From: an uncultured Dehalococcoidales bacterium
Lineage (GTDB): Bacteria > Chloroflexota > Dehalococcoidia > GIF9 > UBA5629
NCBI GenBank assembly: GCA_964616785.1
Contig: CAZTRR010000002.1
Location: 2,863-65,742, forward strand
Direction of reading: 5' to 3'
Length of the DNA stretch: 62,880 nucleotides
The notes beneath the pieces are model-generated. The model saw nothing but the letters and a program-made list of their open reading frames with translations, did not search any database and was not told where the DNA came from. Positions 45,109-53,775 of this stretch are shown here, one piece after another (the first letter of the stretch is position 1; every line of letters starts with the position of its first letter). A program made the translations under genes and the position numbers.

Positions 45109-45903
45109 ATGCTGAACGTAAATAACATCGAGGTCTGCTACAGCGAGGTCATACTGGTGCTGAAGGGGGTGTCCCTCGACGTGCCGGATAGGAGCATTGT
45201 TGCCCTGCTGGGAGCTAATGGTGGCGGTAAGAGCACCGTGCTGAAGGCTATTTCGGGGCTGCTGAAGACGGAAGAGGGAGAGGTTACTGATGGGAGCATT
45301 GAGTTTGAGGGTGAGCGGATAGACCACATAGAGCCAGAGCAGAGAGTCAGCATGGGAATTAGCCAGGTGATGGAGGGGCGGATGGTGTTTGAGCACCTTA
45401 CCGTTGACGAGAACCTTGAGGCTGGCCACTATGTGCGCCGGCGCGAGTCAAGCCTGGGTAGTGAAAGGGATATGGTCTTCAACTATTTCCCCAGGCTGAA
45501 GGAGCTTCGTCGACAGGTGAGCGGGTATCTCTCCGGCGGCGAGCAGCAGATGCTGGTGATAGCGCGTGCCTTAATGGCAAGACCGAAGCTTTTTCTTCTC
45601 GATGAACCCTCCATGGGCCTGGGTCCGATTATAGTGGAGGAGATCTTTGACATAGTGAAGAGAATTAAGGAGGAGCAGGGAGCCTCGGTTCTCCTCGTGG
45701 AGCAGAATGCTGTAGCGGCTCTTTCTATTGCTGACCATGGCTATGTTATGGAGAATGGCAAGATTGTTCTTGACGGGCCCGCTAGCAAATTAATGGATAA
45801 TCCAGACGTGAAGGAATTCTATCTTGGGCTCAGCGAGCTGGGCGAAAAAAGGAAATACAGCGAAGTGAAGCATTACAAGCGGCGGAAGCGGTGGCTGGTC
45901 TAG
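45109..45903 (+). CDS. ABC transporter ATP-binding protein (LivF-like)
   Basis: GANGGGKST Walker A, LSGGEQQML signature, and a basic C-terminal tail. Confidence 0.88.
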   Translation: MLNVNNIEVCYSEVILVLKGVSLDVPDRSIVALLGANGGGKSTVLKAISGLLKTEEGEVTDGSIEFEGERIDHIEPEQRVSMGISQVMEGRMVFEHLTVDENLEAGHYVRRRESSLGSERDMVFNYFPRLKELRRQVSGYLSGGEQQMLVIARALMARPKLFLLDEPSMGLGPIIVEEIFDIVKRIKEEQGASVLLVEQNAVAALSIADHGYVMENGKIVLDGPASKLMDNPDVKEFYLGLSELGEKRKYSEVKHYKRRKRWLV

Positions 45904-45926
45904 GGATGTAGACGAGATAGCTTCAA

Positions 45927-45950
45927 CCCCACTGCAGATGTGGGGCTTTC
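45927..45950 (+). terminator. weak terminator-like hairpin after livF-like gene
   Basis: CCCCAC, loop tgcagat, GTGGGG, followed by cTTTC. Confidence 0.3.
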
Positions 45951-45979
45951 ACATATGAGGACTGAACGCAGGAGGGAAT

Positions 45980-46615
45980 ATGTCAGAATTGGCCGATGCT
46001 TTGGCTGACTTGAATGAGGATGAGGTTAGGAAGCTGGTACGTGAGAAAATAGATGCTGGCGTTGACCCCATGACGATCATCGTTGAATGCCGCAAGGGCA
46101 TGGACATAGTTGGCGAGCGCTATAAGAGCAAGGACTATTTTCTCAGCGAGCTAATCATATCTGGCGAGATGTTCAAGGAGGCGATGGCTGTTGTCGAACC
46201 CATGCTGAAGGCTGGCAAGCAGGCGGAGCCACTGAGCAAGATGGTTCTCGCCACGGTGAAAGGTGACATACACAACATAGGCAAGGACATCGCAGCTACC
46301 CTTCTTACGGCGGCCGGCTTTGAGGTCCATGATTTGGGGATAGACGTGGCGCCTGGTGTCATCGTGGAGAAATTGAGTGAAACGGGGGCACCCATTCTGG
46401 GGATGTCTGGTCTGCTGACTCCCTCATTCGAATCGATGAAGGAGACGGTCGAGGCAGTTGAGCAAGCCGGGCTGCGGGACAAGGTCAAGGTTATCATCGG
46501 TGGTGGGATTGTCACTGAGCAGGTGCGGAAGTACGCCGGCGCTGATGCTTTCACCAACGACGCATCTGAAGGTGTGGATATATGCAGGGGATTCGCCAGG
46601 GAGGGGAATAAATGA
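45980..46615 (+). CDS. corrinoid (cobalamin)-binding protein, MtaC/MtbC-like
   Basis: 211 aa: N-terminal helical cap plus a Rossmann B12 domain with DxHxxG (GDIHNIGK), SxL (MSGLLT) and GG (IIGGG). Confidence 0.88.
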   Translation: MSELADALADLNEDEVRKLVREKIDAGVDPMTIIVECRKGMDIVGERYKSKDYFLSELIISGEMFKEAMAVVEPMLKAGKQAEPLSKMVLATVKGDIHNIGKDIAATLLTAAGFEVHDLGIDVAPGVIVEKLSETGAPILGMSGLLTPSFESMKETVEAVEQAGLRDKVKVIIGGGIVTEQVRKYAGADAFTNDASEGVDICRGFAREGNK

Positions 46616-47772
46616 TACGTGAAACCATGACTCCAGGAGAGAGGGTGGAAGCGGCTATCAAGCTTGAACCCTATGACCGCGTGCCCGTGGCCCCCCTTAT
46701 GGATGTTATGTTTCCCTGCCGGCGTAAGGGTATGACGGTAGCCTATGGCATCTCTCACTGGAGGGAGGGGTTCCAGGCCATAGTGGATATCTTCGATGAG
46801 GTGGGTGGCTGGGATGCGATGATACTGCCCGGCTACAGCCTCGCCCTTACCCCAACGGTGGCTTCAGGCGTTACGGTAGCTCTGGGTACGGGAGATTACA
46901 GGTTCCCCGGTCAGGACCCCGCTGTCTCAGAGAATTCCCAGCCTCAGTATGCGGAACGAGAGCAGTTGACTGCGGAGGATTATGATGAAATCATTAACCT
47001 GGGTTGGTCGGGGTTCGCCGAGAAGCACCGTGAGCGGTTTACTCCCTTTAGCCCTGACCAGATAATCGCCTGGACGCAGAGGCAAACAGAGCACTACACC
47101 AAGGAAGGGGAGACATGGGCTGAGCGCGGAATCCCATCGCTTTGTGGTGCCATAGTCGAATCACCCCTGATGTTCCTGTCTACTAAGAGGTCTCTCACGG
47201 CTTTCACTATGGACCTTCACAGGATCCCGGACAAAGTCCAGGCAGCGATGGATGCCATGGTTGATGGGTTCATCCAAGGTGCGATTGAGGGGGCTCGACT
47301 TACCAGGATACCGGGTGTGATGTTGGTACTGGAAAGGGGAGGGGGCTTCTATTACCCGCTGAAGATCTTCGAGCGCTTCGAGTTCCCCTATATGAAGAAG
47401 ATGGTCGAAGCCTTTGCTGCTGAAGGCCTCCTCACAGTCATGCACTTCGACCAGGACTGGACACTGAATCTTCCCTATCTAACGGACTTACCCAGAGGCA
47501 AGTGTGTATGCGAACTGGACAGCACGACCGACATTTTCAAAGCGAAGGAGATACTGAAGGACCACATGTGCATTATGGGGGATGTGCCGGCATCGCTGTC
47601 GGCGATTGGAACACCGGGGGACATGGAAGCCTACTGCAAGAAGCTCATCGACGTTGTTGGTGATGGCGGCGGGTTTATTCTCAGTTCCGGCTGCACGGTC
47701 CCGGCTGATGCCAAGTTCGAAAACTTCAAGACAATGATTGATACCGCCAAGGGTTACCTGCCTGCTCGTTGA
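46612..47772 (+). CDS. uroporphyrinogen-decarboxylase (UROD)-family corrinoid methyltransferase-like protein, copy 1
   Basis: 386 aa. Start overlaps the corrinoid-protein stop (ATGA). UROD/MtaA-like fold recognised by eye. Paralog of 47817-48968. Confidence 0.75.
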   Translation: MIRETMTPGERVEAAIKLEPYDRVPVAPLMDVMFPCRRKGMTVAYGISHWREGFQAIVDIFDEVGGWDAMILPGYSLALTPTVASGVTVALGTGDYRFPGQDPAVSENSQPQYAEREQLTAEDYDEIINLGWSGFAEKHRERFTPFSPDQIIAWTQRQTEHYTKEGETWAERGIPSLCGAIVESPLMFLSTKRSLTAFTMDLHRIPDKVQAAMDAMVDGFIQGAIEGARLTRIPGVMLVLERGGGFYYPLKIFERFEFPYMKKMVEAFAAEGLLTVMHFDQDWTLNLPYLTDLPRGKCVCELDSTTDIFKAKEILKDHMCIMGDVPASLSAIGTPGDMEAYCKKLIDVVGDGGGFILSSGCTVPADAKFENFKTMIDTAKGYLPAR

Positions 47773-47816
47773 ATCTGAGTCTGGACATGTGAGGGGTTTG
47801 CCAGGGGGCAATACAA

Positions 47817-48968
47817 ATGGTAAAGGAAACCATGACCCGAGAGGAGAGGGTGTGGGCTGCCGTCAACCTCCAGGTTCCCGATAGGGTCCCGATAGTCCCT
47901 TTGATGGGGCAATTTGCTCTTAGGTATCAGGGTGTACCCCAGACTGAAGCTATCAGGAATCCCCCGAGAGCACTAGAAGCTCTTATAGCCACGTATGATG
48001 CCCTCGGCGGCTATGATGCCGTGCTTGGCGCTAACTTGCTCTGGCCGAGACATAGCTGGCGCATATCCGCGGCGCCAACGCGGATGCGGTTTCCAGGCAA
48101 AGGAGGTGTCTCCGAGGACGCTCAGATTCAGGCCATGGAGCGCGAGATTATGACCGCCGAGGACTATGATACGATTGTGGATCGCGGTTGGAATGGGTTC
48201 TGTGAGGAATTCCTCCCCCGGGTGACAGGACGTCCTCTCGACCAAATAGACGCCCTCCAGAAGATGATACTTGAGATATCCCTGGGTGACGCTAAAGCCT
48301 GGAGTGACCACGGGGCCATCGTCCTGGGAGGGGCGACTACCTGGAGTTGCACTATGATACTGTCTGTATGCAGGTCACTCACCCAGTTCACGCTTGATTT
48401 GCATCGTCGCCCTGACGAGGTTGAGGCAGCGATGGATGCCATGGTTCCCGACCTGATTCAGAACACTATCAACGACATCAAAGCCACCGCTAATCCCTGG
48501 GTCTTCCTCCCTCTGGAACGGGGCTCTGCTTTCTTTTACCCGCTGAAGGTCTTCGAGCGGTTTGGGTTCCCCTATCTGAAGAGAATGGTGGATGCTTTCG
48601 CTGCCGAAGGGTTTACGACCATACTGCACTTCGACACCGACTGGACCTTGAACCTTCCCTATCTGAAAGACCTGCCCAGGGGCAAGTGCATATGCGAGCT
48701 TGATAGCAGGACCGATATCTTCAAGGCAAAGGAGATCTTGAGCGACCACATGTGTATCATGGGGGATGTGCCGCCATCCCTTCTCTCTATCGGCACAACT
48801 GAGGATGTTGCCGCATACTGTGAGAAATTGATAGACGTTGTCGGCAAAGACGGCGGCTTTATTCTCAGCACTGGGTGCGAGTGTCCCATAGATGCCACGT
48901 TTGACAATGTGAAGATGATGATTGATACTGCCAAGACTCACCTGCCTGCTCATCAGCTGCCAGCGTAA
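47817..48968 (+). CDS. UROD-family corrinoid methyltransferase-like protein, copy 2
   Basis: 383 aa, collinear with copy 1 and very similar over the C-terminal 110 aa (NLPYL.DLPRGKC.CELDS.TDIFKAKEIL.DHMCIMGDVP). Confidence 0.75.
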   Translation: MVKETMTREERVWAAVNLQVPDRVPIVPLMGQFALRYQGVPQTEAIRNPPRALEALIATYDALGGYDAVLGANLLWPRHSWRISAAPTRMRFPGKGGVSEDAQIQAMEREIMTAEDYDTIVDRGWNGFCEEFLPRVTGRPLDQIDALQKMILEISLGDAKAWSDHGAIVLGGATTWSCTMILSVCRSLTQFTLDLHRRPDEVEAAMDAMVPDLIQNTINDIKATANPWVFLPLERGSAFFYPLKVFERFGFPYLKRMVDAFAAEGFTTILHFDTDWTLNLPYLKDLPRGKCICELDSRTDIFKAKEILSDHMCIMGDVPPSLLSIGTTEDVAAYCEKLIDVVGKDGGFILSTGCECPIDATFDNVKMMIDTAKTHLPAHQLPA

Positions 48969-49112
48969 GGCAGATTTTGCAGTACCGCATGGTCTGCGCA
49001 AAGGGATCTCCGAAATACCCCAGTGGCAATTGCCTGTGGCATTAGGTGTTTGGTATATTAGCAGTTGGCTCCTTTGCATTGCCTGCCCTGTGTTGGTTTG
49101 TAACGGAGTATT

Positions 49113-51041
49113 GTGGTGAAGGATACTACTTCGAGCGCGCATCTGGTTATCTTCGAGCCTTCGGGTAGCGAGGGTCGCATCGAGGACGGTAAGACGCTTC
49201 TTGAGGCAGCCCAAGAACTGAGTGAGGATATTGAATCTGTGTGCGGTGGCAAAGGCGTCTGCGGTAAGTGCTTGGTCAAGGTTGATGAAGGGTTGCTTGC
49301 CAAGCACGGCACGGAGCTAGGTGCCCAGTCCCTTTCACCTCCAACGGAAAGAGAGATAGAGCTTCTATCGCGGCAAGGCCTTGGCGTTGAATACCGCCTG
49401 GCTTGCCAGGCCAGAGTTCTTGGCGATGTCGTCGTATTCGTGCCGGAGACGAGCCGCAGGTCAAAGCAGGTTATCCGCAAGTCGACGATTGAGAGGGTGA
49501 TCCCGGTCAAGCCCGCCGTCAGGAAATATTACCTTGAGCTGTCTGCGCCGACATTAGACGACCCCGCTGCCGATTGCCAGCGGCTGGCTGCTGAGCTTGC
49601 CCGCTCCGCCGGTCTGGAAGAGGTCACCATTGATTATGCTGTCCTCAAGGATTTGTCGCATATCCTCCGTAGTGCCGACTGGAAAGTAACCGTCACTGTT
49701 TGGGTGGGGCAGGAGATCGTCAAGGTCGAACCCGGCTATGCTGATGGCAGCTACGGGCTGGCTGTTGACATCGGTACCACCACTGTGGCTGGCTATCTCT
49801 GTGACCTGCACACTGGTGAAGTGCTGGCGACAGATGGTATGCTCAATCCACAGGTGGCCTACGGCGAGGACGTCATATCACGTATCAGCTATACCATGAA
49901 GGAGCCTGATGGACTGGCGATTCTCAATCGAGCGATTGTTGACGGCATAGGTGAACTGATTGTCAGCACGACTGGACAGTTGGGCGTTACCCCCGGTGAC
50001 ATCTCGGAGATGGCTGTCGTTGGCAATACAGCCATGCATCATATCTTCCTTAACATCGATCCGGTGTATTTGGCCAAATCACCATTTGCGCCGACTGTGA
50101 GCAGGCCGTTGGACATCAAGGGCCGAGAGCTGGGGCTGGCTGTGCAGCAATCGACGAATGTACACATCCTGCCTATTGAGGCCGGCTTTGTTGGCGCTGA
50201 CAATGTTGGCGTGCTCATTGCTGAGGAGCCGTACAATCAGGATGACATGGTGCTCATCATTGACATCGGCACCAACGGTGAACTGGTGATGGGCAACAGA
50301 GACAAGCTCTTTTGTGCTTCGTGCGCTACGGGCCCTGCGTTCGAAGGTGCCACTATCAAGTCTGGCATGCGGGCTGCCCCGGGGGCGATTGAACATGTCA
50401 GGATAGACAGGCAAAGCCTGGAGGTTGAATTCAAGGTCATAGGTAGTGAGGAGTGGAGTGCGGCGTCGCCTTCGGTCAAAGCGAGGGGCATCTGCGGGTC
50501 AGGCATCATTGAAGCCGTAGCTGAGATGGTCAAAGCGGGCGTCATTGAAACGAGCGGTCGGTTTAGTCGGAAACTTGATTCTCCGCGGCTGATGACGACC
50601 GATGAAGGCCCGGCGTTTGTCATTGCCTGGGCCGATGAGACAGCACTGGGCCAGGATATTGCCATTTGCATCGGGGATGTCAGGTCAGTGCAACTGGGCA
50701 AGGCAGCCATGTATGCTGGCGCCAAGGTTCTGATGGACAAGCTGGAGATAACCCGGTTGGACAAGATTGTACTTGCCGGCGCCTTTGGTAGCTATGTCAG
50801 CAAGGAGCATGCCCTGGCTATCGGGCTTTTTCCCGAATGTGCCCCGGATGAGGTCTACAGCGTGGGCAATGCTGCTGGTGAAGGAGCGCGGCTTGCCTTG
50901 ATAAGTGTGGACAAAAGGCGAGAGGCTGAGGAAATGGCCAGGAAAGTGGAATATGTAGAACTCACTGTCGAGTCCCGCTTTCAGGAATACTTCGTGGAGG
51001 CTCTGAGTTTTCCCGTTCCAACCATACTCAGCAACCCCTAA
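49113..51041 (+). CDS. corrinoid reductive activase (RACo-like): 2Fe-2S ferredoxin domain plus ASKHA ATPase domain
   Basis: 642 aa with GTG start. CGGKGVCGKC...LACQA plant-type 2Fe-2S motif, then DIGTTTV and DIGTNGE ASKHA phosphate-binding motifs. Confidence 0.85.
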   Translation: MVKDTTSSAHLVIFEPSGSEGRIEDGKTLLEAAQELSEDIESVCGGKGVCGKCLVKVDEGLLAKHGTELGAQSLSPPTEREIELLSRQGLGVEYRLACQARVLGDVVVFVPETSRRSKQVIRKSTIERVIPVKPAVRKYYLELSAPTLDDPAADCQRLAAELARSAGLEEVTIDYAVLKDLSHILRSADWKVTVTVWVGQEIVKVEPGYADGSYGLAVDIGTTTVAGYLCDLHTGEVLATDGMLNPQVAYGEDVISRISYTMKEPDGLAILNRAIVDGIGELIVSTTGQLGVTPGDISEMAVVGNTAMHHIFLNIDPVYLAKSPFAPTVSRPLDIKGRELGLAVQQSTNVHILPIEAGFVGADNVGVLIAEEPYNQDDMVLIIDIGTNGELVMGNRDKLFCASCATGPAFEGATIKSGMRAAPGAIEHVRIDRQSLEVEFKVIGSEEWSAASPSVKARGICGSGIIEAVAEMVKAGVIETSGRFSRKLDSPRLMTTDEGPAFVIAWADETALGQDIAICIGDVRSVQLGKAAMYAGAKVLMDKLEITRLDKIVLAGAFGSYVSKEHALAIGLFPECAPDEVYSVGNAAGEGARLALISVDKRREAEEMARKVEYVELTVESRFQEYFVEALSFPVPTILSNP

Positions 51042-51089
51042 TCCAGCTCGGCACCAAGTCTGTCGACTCTGTACTGAGGAGGTATCCGT

Positions 51090-51881
51090 ATGGCTAAAGT
51101 CGAGACAGAACGGAAGGGCCGTTCCTTTGTAGTGACTATTAACCGGCCCGAAGTCCGCAATTGTGTAGACGGCGAGACCGCTGGGCTGCTATTTGAGGCT
51201 GTCGAATCCTTTCGCCGAGATGAAAGTGTCGACGTCCTCATCCTCACCGGTGCCGGCGAACTCGCCTTCTCCTCTGGAGCTGACTTAAAGAACATTGAGA
51301 GCCTGGTGGCTCGCCCGGGTGCTGATGAGTCTGGTCCGATGGGTTTCACCCGTATCATTGACCTTCCCAAGCCAACCATAGCCGCCGTTAACGGTTATTG
51401 CCTGGCAGGCGGTGTGGAATTGGCCTGCTGGTGTGACTTCCGCATCGCCGCTCATAACGCCAGCTTCGGCATCCTCGACCGCCGCTGGGGCGTTCCCTTA
51501 GTAGACGGGGGTACTCAGCGCCTGCCCAGGATCGTAGGACTGGGGAATGCGCTCTACTTGATTGAGACGGGCGTGCTTATCGACGCTGACCATGCACTCC
51601 GTATCGGCCTTGTCCAGGAGGTCGTCCCTGAGGGGCAGGCGCTGGCGCGTGCCCTCGAGCTGGCTGAGACCATGTCCGCCTATCCACAGACCAGCCTGCG
51701 CAATGACCGTCAGAATGCATATGAGGGCGTGTCACTGCCCCTGCCCGAAGGCCTGAGGCTTGAGCAGCAGCTTCTTCAGGACAGTATAGGTGACCCCGAG
51801 ATGGCCGAATGGCTCCGCCGCTACGCCGCAGGTGACCGGCCATCACCACCCCGTTCCAGGGCTTCGTCAGATGAGCCGTGA
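51090..51881 (+). CDS. enoyl-CoA hydratase/isomerase family protein
   Basis: 263 aa with SD ggagg. LTGAGELAFSSGADL and NGYCLAGGVELACWCD blocks. Confidence 0.85.
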   Translation: MAKVETERKGRSFVVTINRPEVRNCVDGETAGLLFEAVESFRRDESVDVLILTGAGELAFSSGADLKNIESLVARPGADESGPMGFTRIIDLPKPTIAAVNGYCLAGGVELACWCDFRIAAHNASFGILDRRWGVPLVDGGTQRLPRIVGLGNALYLIETGVLIDADHALRIGLVQEVVPEGQALARALELAETMSAYPQTSLRNDRQNAYEGVSLPLPEGLRLEQQLLQDSIGDPEMAEWLRRYAAGDRPSPPRSRASSDEP

Positions 51882-51977
51882 CCTCCAATAGGCTCAGTAT
51901 GTAACCTCGCGGTTACTTGCGTACCACAAAGAACCCTAAAGCTCCAAGCTCGAAAGCCTGTGACATAAAGCCAGTCG

Positions 51978-52027
51978 TTTTGGATTTGGTACTTTGAATT
52001 TTGATATTCGAATTTCGAATTTGGTAT
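51978..52027. repeat. AT-rich degenerate tandem element (…TTGAATTTTGATATTCGAATTTCGAATTTGG)
   Basis: Lies in a convergent intergenic region. Tandem CGAATTT x2. It shares the GATATTCG(A/G)ATT core with 54408-54437. Confidence 0.45.
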
Positions 52028-52088
52028 ACAGTAGCAGCCAGGGACGTGGGATATGTAGGACTCGCCATTGAAGGTCGTTTTCAAGTAA

Positions 52089-52799
52089 TCAGTCTGTTTT
52101 GGACTGCTTGTCGACCCTTCTGTAGGGGCATTTGGCCACGCCGCAGTGGTTACAGCGGTTGAAGTCCTCCGTGGTCTCGGTCACGCCCAAGCCAGCACAG
52201 AAAGAAACAGATTTCTTGGGTACCATCATAAACTGGTCATTAAGGCGAACGCCAATGTCTTCGGCTGGCATGAGGCTGAAAATCAGCCGCTGGTCGGTCA
52301 AAGGCCACTCCCTGTAGCCGGGGTTCAGCGCCGGGCCCACCTCTATCCCGCGGTTTGAAGCCTTTTCGCAGATAAAGCGGCGCACCTGGTCGGTCGCGCT
52401 GCCGAGGGCTACTGAGCCGGCAATGTCCAGGACGAGCGCTTCCGCATGCTCACCCGTCTTGGAAAGCGCCATCACCCTTTCTTCCAGTGCCCCGCCGATA
52501 GTAGACAGAGCCATGGCTAGTGAGTGGCTGCCGTGCCACCATCGGGCTATTGTTGCACCAACGTGTAGCAGCAGGCCGTCCTCGAGCCTTATTGTGCCGT
52601 CGTCAATTCCCAGGACCTGGACTTCGCGGTAGAGCGCTCTGGGACTGGCTAGCTGCCGCGCTGCCTCCACCTGCCTGGTCGTGATTTCGCGGATACCAGC
52701 CTTCAGCTCACCATCGCCCCTGTAGCCCTGGATTCTGAGGACCGCCTGAGTGTCTACGTTTACTTCCAGCTGAGCTAGGAACTCTACAGCGGATGCCAT
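52089..52799 (-). CDS. stand-alone methionine-synthase (MetH) activation-domain-like protein with C-terminal Cys motif
   Basis: 236 aa. NPGYREWPLTDQRLIFSLMPAEDIGVRLNDQFMMVPKKSVS resembles the MetH reactivation-domain signature PGYP.CPDH...M.P.ASVSG. C-terminus is CNHCGVAKCP. Confidence 0.65.
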   Translation of the reverse strand: MASAVEFLAQLEVNVDTQAVLRIQGYRGDGELKAGIREITTRQVEAARQLASPRALYREVQVLGIDDGTIRLEDGLLLHVGATIARWWHGSHSLAMALSTIGGALEERVMALSKTGEHAEALVLDIAGSVALGSATDQVRRFICEKASNRGIEVGPALNPGYREWPLTDQRLIFSLMPAEDIGVRLNDQFMMVPKKSVSFCAGLGVTETTEDFNRCNHCGVAKCPYRRVDKQSKTD

Positions 52800-52910
52800 G
52801 TGACCAATCGCTCAGAAGAATTTCACTCACTGATTTGCCTCTTGAGGATTGCAGTTGCGTGGCTCGTCAGCAGCTCGTCGATGTTATCACATTGCGCGAG
52901 TCATGGCAAT

Positions 52911-52940
52911 TTGACACCTTTCAGCTGGCGGTGATAGACT
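52911..52940 (+). promoter_or_regulatory. candidate nadK promoter (leaderless arrangement)
   Basis: TTGACA (52911-52916), 18-nt spacer, extended -10 TGaTAGACT (TAGACT at 52935-52940). The GTG at 52951 lies 10 nt downstream with no SD. Confidence 0.5.
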
Positions 52941-52950
52941 CTCGTCGTCT

Positions 52951-53775
52951 GTGAAACGAGTTGGCATCCTGTATCACCCGAAGATCGAGAAGGCCAAGGC
53001 TTTCAGCCGTGAGCTTGAGAAGTTCCTGAGCGCCCATGGTATTTCCGTGTGGCTATGTTCAGCCTGGGAGGAGGAGCAGGCAAAGGCTCAGGTAGCTGAG
53101 TCTGACTTAATCTTGAGCATTGGCGGCGATGGCACTATTCTTCGGGCAGCCCGAGCCGTTGTTCCACACTCAGTGCCTATTGTGGGCATAAACCTCGGGA
53201 ACCTGGGGTTTATGACCGAACTCGAAGCTGCTGAGGCTTTGGATAAGCTACCTCGCTTGCTGGGTGGCGAGGGTTGGATTGAAGAAAGGGCGATGCTTGA
53301 AGCGGGAACGCCTTCTGGGGGAAAGGTTTTTCATGTTCTGAATGACGTAGTTGTGGGACGGCGAAGCTCGGCTCGGCTGGTTAACATCGAAACCAAAATC
53401 GGCGACGAAGTGTTGGCCACGTATCGGGCTGATGGTGTAATAGTGGCTACGGCTACGGGCAGCACTGGTTACTCACTAGCGGCTGGTGGGCCCATCCTGC
53501 ACCCCCAGGCCAGGGAAATCCTGCTCAAGCCCCTTTGCCCTCATCTCACCCTGGACAAGGCTCTGGTGCTGCCGCCAGAGGCGGTAATCCAGCTAAAGGT
53601 GACTACCAGCCATGAAGCGATGCTCAGCCTTGATGGACAGGTTGAGTCACCGCTGCGTAGCGGGGAAGAAGTCCAAGTCAAGATTAGTCCTTATGTGGCC
53701 CGCTTCTTGAGAGTTCAGCCTAAGACCTATTTCTATAGCTCTCTGGGGCACAGACTCAGAGGCAAGATATTATGA
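52951..53775 (+). CDS. nadK: NAD(+) kinase
   Basis: 274 aa. GGDGT motif (IGGDGTILRAAR) and ATGSTGYSLAAGGP block. Confidence 0.9.
   Translation: MKRVGILYHPKIEKAKAFSRELEKFLSAHGISVWLCSAWEEEQAKAQVAESDLILSIGGDGTILRAARAVVPHSVPIVGINLGNLGFMTELEAAEALDKLPRLLGGEGWIEERAMLEAGTPSGGKVFHVLNDVVVGRRSSARLVNIETKIGDEVLATYRADGVIVATATGSTGYSLAAGGPILHPQAREILLKPLCPHLTLDKALVLPPEAVIQLKVTTSHEAMLSLDGQVESPLRSGEEVQVKISPYVARFLRVQPKTYFYSSLGHRLRGKIL

Noticed and set aside
45980-48968. Recoding events (in-frame UAG pyrrolysine or UGA selenocysteine) in the corrinoid methyltransferase genes.
   Set aside because: All three ORFs are uninterrupted and of normal length. The methyltransferases are UROD-family, not MtmB/MtbB/MttB-type, so no recoding is indicated.
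48375-49307. Long antisense ORFs: 310 aa at 48375-49307 (-). Similar cases are 8381-9205 (-), 40469-41233 (-), 17412-18143 (-), 1708-2499 (-), 7325-8086 (-) and 60632-61456 (+).
   Set aside because: They lie opposite strongly supported genes, have low-complexity Arg/Ser/Pro/Ala-rich translations, carry no SD and show no family resemblance. These are typical shadow ORFs of GC-rich coding DNA.
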